Shown here: one piece after another, positions 61,650 to 64,000 of the stretch
How positions within the stretch are numbered: position 1 is the first letter of the stretch
Layout of the letters: every line of letters starts with the position of its first letter
Assembly (NCBI RefSeq): GCF_018350175.1
Contig: NC_058368.1
Span: 233,990,001-234,054,000 of the forward strand
Source: Felis catus
Lineage: Eukaryota
Direction: 5' to 3'
Length of the DNA: 64,000 bases
Notes under the pieces: generated by a model
Seen by the model: the letters and a program-made list of their open reading frames with translations, nothing else
Databases searched by the model: none
What the model was told of the DNA's origin: nothing
Program-made: the position numbers and the translations under genes

Positions 61650-61814
61650 AATTTTTTTTTTAAGACTAGATTTAAATACAGATTTGAGATACGGACTATT
61701 CAGATATTTGACTTTTTCTCATACAGTTTTCTAAGTTGCATTTTCCTGGAAAGTAATGTTTCATTTAAATTTTCAAACTGTATATAATACAATTTTTACA
61801 AGTTTAGACTTTAC

Positions 61815-62733
61815 GAGAAGATGGTGGCGTAGGAGGACGCTGGGCTCACCGCGCGTCCTGCTGATCACTTAGATTCCACCTACATCTGCCTAAATAACCC
61901 AGAAAACCACCAGAAGACTAGCAGAACGGAGTCTCCGGAGCCAAGCGCAGACGAGAGGCCCACGAAGAGGGTAGGAAGGGCGGAGAGGCCGTGCTCACTT
62001 CACGGACTGGCAGGAGGGAGCCAGGGCAGAGGGGAGGCCCGCCGGCCAAGCAGAGCTCCCGAGTCTGGCTTGCAAAAGTGGAGGGGCTGGACAGAGTGTG
62101 TTCCGACAGCAAGCATGACTTAGCATCTGGGAGGTCATAAGTTAACAGCTCTGCTCAGAAAGTGGGAAGGCTGGAGGACAAAGGGAGGGTGAGTTGCTGA
62201 GCCCCAGGACGACAGAGCTCAGTTTGGAGGGGAACAAAGGCGCTCACTAGCCCCATCTCCCTCGCCCATCCCCCAGCCAAAATCCCAAAGGGAACCGGTT
62301 CCTGCCAGGGAGCTTGCTCGCTCAGCGCAAACACCCAACGCTGTGCCTCTGCGGAGCCACCCCTCGGCAGCGGGTCTGACTCCCACCCGCTGCCACAGGG
62401 CCCCTCCTGAAGTGGATCACTGAAGGAGAAGAGAGCTAAGCCTGCCCCTCCTGCCCCCGTGCACCTTGCCTACCCACCCCAGCTAATACACCAGATCCCC
62501 AGCACCACAAGCCTGGCAGTGTGCAAGTAGCCCAGACGGGCCACGCCACCCCACAGTGAATCCCGCCCCTAGGAGAGGGGAAGAGAAGGCACACACCAGT
62601 CTGACTGTGGCCCCAGCAGTGGGCTGGGGGCAGACATCAGGTCTGACTGCGATTCCGCCCACCAACTCCAATTATACACCACAGCACAGGGGAAGTGCCC
62701 TGCAGGTCTGCACCACTCCAGGGACTATCCAAA
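61815..62733 (+). promoter_or_regulatory. L1 5'UTR internal promoter
   Basis: GC/CpG-rich; YY1-like aagatggtggcg at the 5' end, as is typical for L1. Confidence 0.75.
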
Positions 62734-63624
62734 ATGACCAAACGGAAGAATTCCCCTCAAAAGAATCTCCAGGAAATAACAACAGCTAATGAACTGATCA
62801 AAAAGGATTTAAATAATATAACAGAAAGTGAATTTAGAATAGTCATAAAATTAATCGCTGGGCTTGAAAACAGTATAGAGGACAGCAGAGAATCTATTGC
62901 TACAGAGATCAAGGGACTAAGGAACAGTCAGAAGGAGCTGAAAAACGCTTTAAACGAGATGCAAAATAAAATGGAAACGACCACGGCTCGGATTGAAGAG
63001 GCAGAGGAGACAATAGGTGAACTAGAAGATAAAATTATGGAAAAAGAGGAAGCTGAGAAAAAGAAAGATAAAAAAATCCAGGAGTATGAGGGGAAAATTA
63101 GAGACCTAAGTGATACACTAAAAAGAAATAATATACTCATAATTGGTATCCCAGAGGAGGAAGAGAGAGGGAAAGGTGCTGAAGGGGTACTTGAAGAAAT
63201 TATAGCTGAGAACTTCCCTGAACTGGGGAAGGAAAAAGGCACTGAAATCCAAGAGGCACAGAGAACTCCCTTCAGACTTAACTTGAATCGATCTTCTGCA
63301 CGACATATCATAGTGAAACTGGCAAAATACAAGGATGAAGAGAAAATTCTGAAAGCAGCAAGGGATAAACGTGCCCTCACATATAAAGGGAGACCTATAA
63401 GACTCGTGACTGATCTCTCTTTTGAAACTTGGCAGGCCAGAAAGGATTGGCACGAGATCTTCAATGTGTTGAACAGGAAAAATATGCAGCCAAGAATCTT
63501 TTATCCAGCAAGTCTGTCATTTAGAATAGAAGGAGAGGTAAAGGTCTTCCCAAACAAACAAAAACTGAAGGAATTCGTCACCACTAAGCCAGCCCTACAA
63601 GAGATCCTAAGGGGGATCCTGTGA
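62734..63624 (+). CDS. ORF1: LINE-1 ORF1p (RNA-binding/chaperone), 296 aa, uninterrupted
   Basis: MTKRKNSPQK...; coiled coil, RRM (NNILIIGIPEEEE), CTD (WQARKDW...YPASLSF). Confidence 0.93.
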   Translation: MTKRKNSPQKNLQEITTANELIKKDLNNITESEFRIVIKLIAGLENSIEDSRESIATEIKGLRNSQKELKNALNEMQNKMETTTARIEEAEETIGELEDKIMEKEEAEKKKDKKIQEYEGKIRDLSDTLKRNNILIIGIPEEEERGKGAEGVLEEIIAENFPELGKEKGTEIQEAQRTPFRLNLNRSSARHIIVKLAKYKDEEKILKAARDKRALTYKGRPIRLVTDLSFETWQARKDWHEIFNVLNRKNMQPRIFYPASLSFRIEGEVKVFPNKQKLKEFVTTKPALQEILRGIL

Positions 63625-63653
63625 GACAAAGTACCAGAGACATCGCTACAAGC

Positions 63654-64000
63654 ATGAAACCTACGGACATCACAACGACTCTAAACCCGTATCTTTCTAT
63701 AATAACACTGAATGTAAATGGATTAAATGTGCCAACCAAAAGACATAGGGTATCAGAATGGATAAAAAAACAAGACCCATCCATTTGCCGTCTACAAGAG
63801 ACACATTTCAGACCTGAGGACACCTTTAGATTGAGAGTGAGGGGATGGAGAACTATTTATCATGCTACTGGAAGCCAAAAGAAAGCTGGAGTAGCCATAC
63901 TTATATCAGACAAACTAGACTTTAAATTAAAGGCTGTAACAAGAGATGAAGAAGGGCATTATATAATAATTACAGGGTCTATCCATCAGGAAGAGCTAAC
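63654..64000 (+). CDS. ORF2: LINE-1 ORF2p N-terminus (APE-like endonuclease), open to the window end
   Basis: LSIITLNVNGLN...ICRLQETHF...KKAGVAILISDK; in-frame ATG at 63654, ACG at the usual start position 63675. Confidence 0.88.
   Translation, partial: MKPTDITTTLNPYLSIITLNVNGLNVPTKRHRVSEWIKKQDPSICRLQETHFRPEDTFRLRVRGWRTIYHATGSQKKAGVAILISDKLDFKLKAVTRDEEGHYIIITGSIHQEEL

Larger units (their letters stand above)
60190..61790 (-). mobile_element. Very old L1 ORF2 remnants hosting three SINEs
   Basis: Antisense L1-like phrases (tttgcctgaaatt, atcaaggctgtgctggttt, aagagtttgtataaga, ggactattcagatattt); heavily diverged. Confidence 0.5.
61815..64000 (+). mobile_element. 5' part of an apparently full-length felid L1 (5'UTR, ORF1, start of ORF2), running off the window
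   Basis: GC-rich 5'UTR of about 0.9 kb starting gagaagatggtggcg, followed by an open ORF1 and the ORF2 endonuclease. Confidence 0.96.

Noticed and set aside
2501..61651. Many 60-70 aa ORFs such as MAQSVK...LEPASDSVSPSLS and GAPGWRSRLSVRLQPGHDL
   Set aside because: They are translations of SINEC copies, not genes
62695..62733. GTG-initiated N-terminal extension of ORF1 in the ORF track
   Set aside because: The ATG at 62734 (aaaATGa) is the plausible L1 ORF1 start
62928..63464. 178-aa antisense ORF in the L1
   Set aside because: Shadow frame opposite ORF1; not in the 5'UTR position of primate ORF0 and no independent support
1..64000. CRISPR array, prokaryotic operon or defence system, tRNA/rRNA/snRNA genes, host gene identity
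   Set aside because: No regularly spaced repeat-spacer array or gene-dense operon; tRNA-like segments are SINE heads; no exon could be matched to a known gene from sequence alone

Overview
Mammalian, almost certainly felid, genomic DNA: it carries many carnivore tRNA-derived SINEs of the cat SINEC_Fc type and a cat-type L1. The window is intronic or intergenic, and I could not recognise any host protein-coding exon, RNA gene or CRISPR array. It holds about 25 SINEC copies (five young ones with perfect TSDs), several old and young L1 pieces, L2/MIR, MER58A/MER20/MER5 DNA transposons, MaLR/ERVL LTRs, four ERV1-like solo LTRs and microsatellites. It ends in the 5' part of an apparently full-length L1 (5'UTR, open ORF1, start of ORF2). 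I found no convincing new biological system. The best leads are regulatory or structural: a CpG-rich solo LTR with a tandem GAS pair reminiscent of MER41-type interferon enhancers (22411-23042); four STAT5-type GAS motifs beside a G4/TATA promoter-like segment (9.2-10.1 kb); a chimeric L1/L1/MER20 junction (about 26 kb); two tightly spaced inverted SINE pairs; and an ACG at the usual L1 ORF2 start position. Repeat family names come from remembered consensus similarity and need RepeatMasker/Dfam confirmation.
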